From Amphiscolops sp. MND2022 (Eukaryota), in the NCBI GenBank assembly GCA_964187785.1, contig OZ076409.1, positions 35,774,001-35,838,000 of the forward strand: a stretch of 64,000 nucleotides of DNA. The letters run 5' to 3'. The stretch's first letter is position 1. Each line of letters begins with the position of its first letter. The notes beneath the pieces were generated by a model, which saw only the letters and a list, made by a program, of their open reading frames with translations, was not told the DNA's origin and did no database searches. Positions 61,208-64,000 of this stretch are shown piece by piece. Position numbers and translations under genes: made by a program.

Positions 61208-64000
61208 TGTAGACGGGGCAAATTTGGGCACATAAGTGACGTACTGCAATTTTATTGGCTAATCGTAAAGAGTTTCCTTTAAATTTGCAATAAAAGCAAT
61301 CATCGACATTCTATCAGATGACAAATAACCCATGAAATACAAGGAATTGCGATATTTTATCAGAAAACAGTAAAAAACTGAATATTCAGACCAGGAAATT
61401 CAAATAGTTAATTTTTCAAAAATTGAGTTTGAGTGGAAAGTTTGAGTTTGGCTCAAACAAGGCTGCGAAAGTTTGAGTTTGAATCTAATCTAAGATGTTT
61501 GACAACGTGAAAAACAAAATGGCATTCATTTTTTTTAATGAGAAGTAAAACCAACGGTTTATCACAGCAATGATAAAGTTTTCTTCAAGAACACTTTGCG
61601 ATTGTGATTATCAGACGTAAGTCAATTTTGTAAGAAAAATATTGATATTCGTGTGAGTGAAAATCGAGGAAAGATCAATTTAGAATCGAGGAAAGTTTGA
61701 GTTTGAATTTTTTGGTAAAAGAAGTTTGAGTCTTAGTTTGAATTGCCAAAGTTTGAGTTTGAGGGGTACTGCTTGGGTTTGAGTTTGAAATTCCTGATTC
61801 AGACGCTTTGGCGAAATTTTGGCTATTCCATAAAATTTGAACATAAAATCCAAGAATTCGCATGAAAGTTGAATTTCAAAATTTTGTTTCAGGGGAAATA
61901 TGTTGGTAACATACACTGTCCGCCTTGATTAATTCGATTCAAAATGAGTTAGTAAAGAACACAACAGATCAAAATATGGGAGATTTTTTTAGTCAGAAGG
62001 TAACAGCAGTTTTTTTTATTTGTGTACAGCTCTGTTGTAGATTCCGGATTGCATTCGAACTTTGACAATTCGCACAAAGTTCTCAGGAACACTACATACG
62101 TATGAGATGGGCCACAACGGTCACTGTAAAGGCGCCACATTGTCGTCAGTGATGAAGACAACATCACCAACTTTCAAATTGGTAACTTCCCAGCACCACT
62201 CATCTCTTTCCTGTGGAGACGTCACGTATTCTTTGTGCCAACGCTTCCAGGAATGTAAGAGCACGTTTCGAATATGCGCCCATCTAGCTGTTGATTGCAA
62301 TTGGCAATATCGTTTTTCTTTGGAGTTTCTATCGTCGGGAAGGTTTCGAGTTTCGTTCCGCATATTAAATACACAGGCGGTAAAGTTTCACCGCCTTTTG
62401 GATTTTTGGATAAAACACCGATCGGACGCGAGTCCAAAACACTCTCAACCTGACAAAATAAAGTTGTCAGCTCTTCGAAAGCCAAGTTGATTTCCCCTTG
62501 TGCGCGTTAAATGATGTTTTGCGCTTTTTTACCATCGTCCCACAAGCCACCAAAATGAGGGGCATTAGGAGGTTTAAATTTCCATTCAATTAAAAGGCCA
62601 ACCACTGCTGCCTACAGAGAATCTTGTTTTCTGTAGTCAGCCACTAGACCCTGACCACCACATGGAACAATTTTTCAACTTCGAAGGATCAATATCACTT
62701 GGCGCAATGTCAGCTGGGGTCATGCGTTCCTACGTGACTCCATTTCAAAAAGTCAAATTCTTGAATTTTTGCAACTCGGTTCGCTACAAACGTTGACCAG
62801 TAGTTGGCTTCAGCCGCCAGCCAGCTTAACAATGTTGTTGATTCCGTGCAAGCGTAAAACCGCTCATTGTGTAAACTCAATTTGCTAAGACTTTCTGAGT
62901 CTGTTTTCATTAACTTACAACCTAGTAGTGCTCCACAAAGTTCCAACCGAGGAACTGACTGTGCTTTTGAGGGGCGATTTTTGCTTTGGCAGATAAGAGA
63001 GTTGCTCTCCGCCCGCCCTTTTCATCTGCGGCTACTACATAAATGCAAGCGCCATAGCCAGTCTCCGACACGTCCCAGAAGACTTGCGTTGCAACCAAAT
63101 CCGTTTGCTTCTCCTTGAGAACGAACATGCTAAGTTTTATTTCTCTCGGATCATTCAGTTCTGATCACCATCCAAGTAATTGTCTGCTAAATGGTTGGGA
63201 AGGTTGTCATCCCAATCCACCTTGGCAACCCAAGTTTTTTGCATCAAATTTTTTCAACTTGATGCTTATTGGCAACAACCACCCCAAGGTGTCAAAAATT
63301 TCGCTATGCCATTCAGAACCTGCCGTTTTCTAAGTGCTTTTGCTGGAATTGTTTCGTTAATTTGTTTCACTTTGAAATGAAATACGTCAAAATTCAGATT
63401 TCACACGATCCGATCCCCAATGTTTGGATGATGTGTTTGTTTTGGAGGAATTCGAGGTCTTCGTTCGCCTCCCGTTATTATGGAGGTAAAGACAAAGTGA
63501 CTCGCGGTTCGCTACATGTCCATTTCTCAATTCGAATTATCCCTTTTTCAAAGTGTTAATCAGGCTTGTCTGGAGTTGTTTAGCTTCCTCTTCACTAGGT
63601 GCTCCTGTTAAAATGTCATCGACATAAAAATCCCGTAGGATTGCCTTTGACATTTTGCTTGGAGTGTCATCAGCCTTTGCACACTCCGATAGTGATCGGA
63701 TTGAATGATAGGAAGACCTTGCTACGCCAAACGTTATTCTTGTCATACGGTACGTGTGAACGTTTTCTTTTGGACTAAACCACCATAGATTTCTATGGTA
63801 GTCGCGAGGTTTTTCGTTGAGCTTGACTTGTCGATACATTTTAGCTACATCTGCACTCATGACGATTTTGAAGAAGCGAAATTGAATCAGAATATCAAAA
63901 ATGTCATCCTGGAGTTTAAAACCTACCATGAAAAAATATTTTACGGATATTCCAGTAATGGTCTTCGCACTCAGGTCAAAAACGTCCTTCTACTTCGTGG
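61208..64000 (-). mobile_element. Second, inverted copy of the BEL/Pao 3' half plus downstream sequence
   Basis: RT (63537-63929 ORF with YVDD), RNase H (DVSETGYGACIY, LELCGALLG), integrase C-part and DUF5641-like end at ~61989; colinear with 47.2-50.9 kb in reverse; runs off the window. Confidence 0.95.
61392..61796. mobile_element. hAT-like MITE, second copy (405 bp)
   Basis: caggaaattcaaa / tttgaaattcctg termini with perfect 8-bp flanking repeat attcagac (61384-61391, 61797-61804); same insertion site as the 49749 copy. Confidence 0.85.

Overview
Eukaryotic (almost certainly animal, probably invertebrate) AT-rich, repeat-dominated window; species cannot be determined from sequence alone. 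Layout: (1) 1-1.9 kb decayed CMC/EnSpm (CACTA-type) transposase; (2) ~3.56-28.4 kb, about 60 head-to-tail copies of a satellite with two monomer sizes (~400 and ~493 bp) and nascent higher-order repeats; (3) 28.8-39.75 kb, a tandemly triplicated segment carrying a dead Ty1/copia element (one 227-bp LTR per unit; middle unit lost 2.8 kb of pol); (4) 39.76-50.9 kb, a dead BEL/Pao retrotransposon with its zinc-knuckle/protease/RT block triplicated (3 x ~1.84 kb) and three nested MITE-like insertions; (5) a 200-N scaffold gap at 50912-51111; (6) a ~10 kb gene island with the first four exons of a polypeptide GalNAc-transferase (3' half not found) and an intact, intronless, SKL-terminated acyl-CoA oxidase, both on the minus strand; (7) a copia LTR+PBS+gag relic upstream of ACOX and an inverted second copy of the BEL 3' half running off the window end. 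No rRNA, tRNA or CRISPR array seen. I found no convincing new biochemical system; the most notable signals are structural: the dimorphic satellite, a recombinant middle unit in the pol triplication, a GCGAAGC-hairpin module shared by MITEs with different ends, a hairpin array in the BEL leader, and the inverted duplication and truncated GALNT around the gap (possibly an assembly issue). All alignments were by eye; boundaries marked ~ are approximate.
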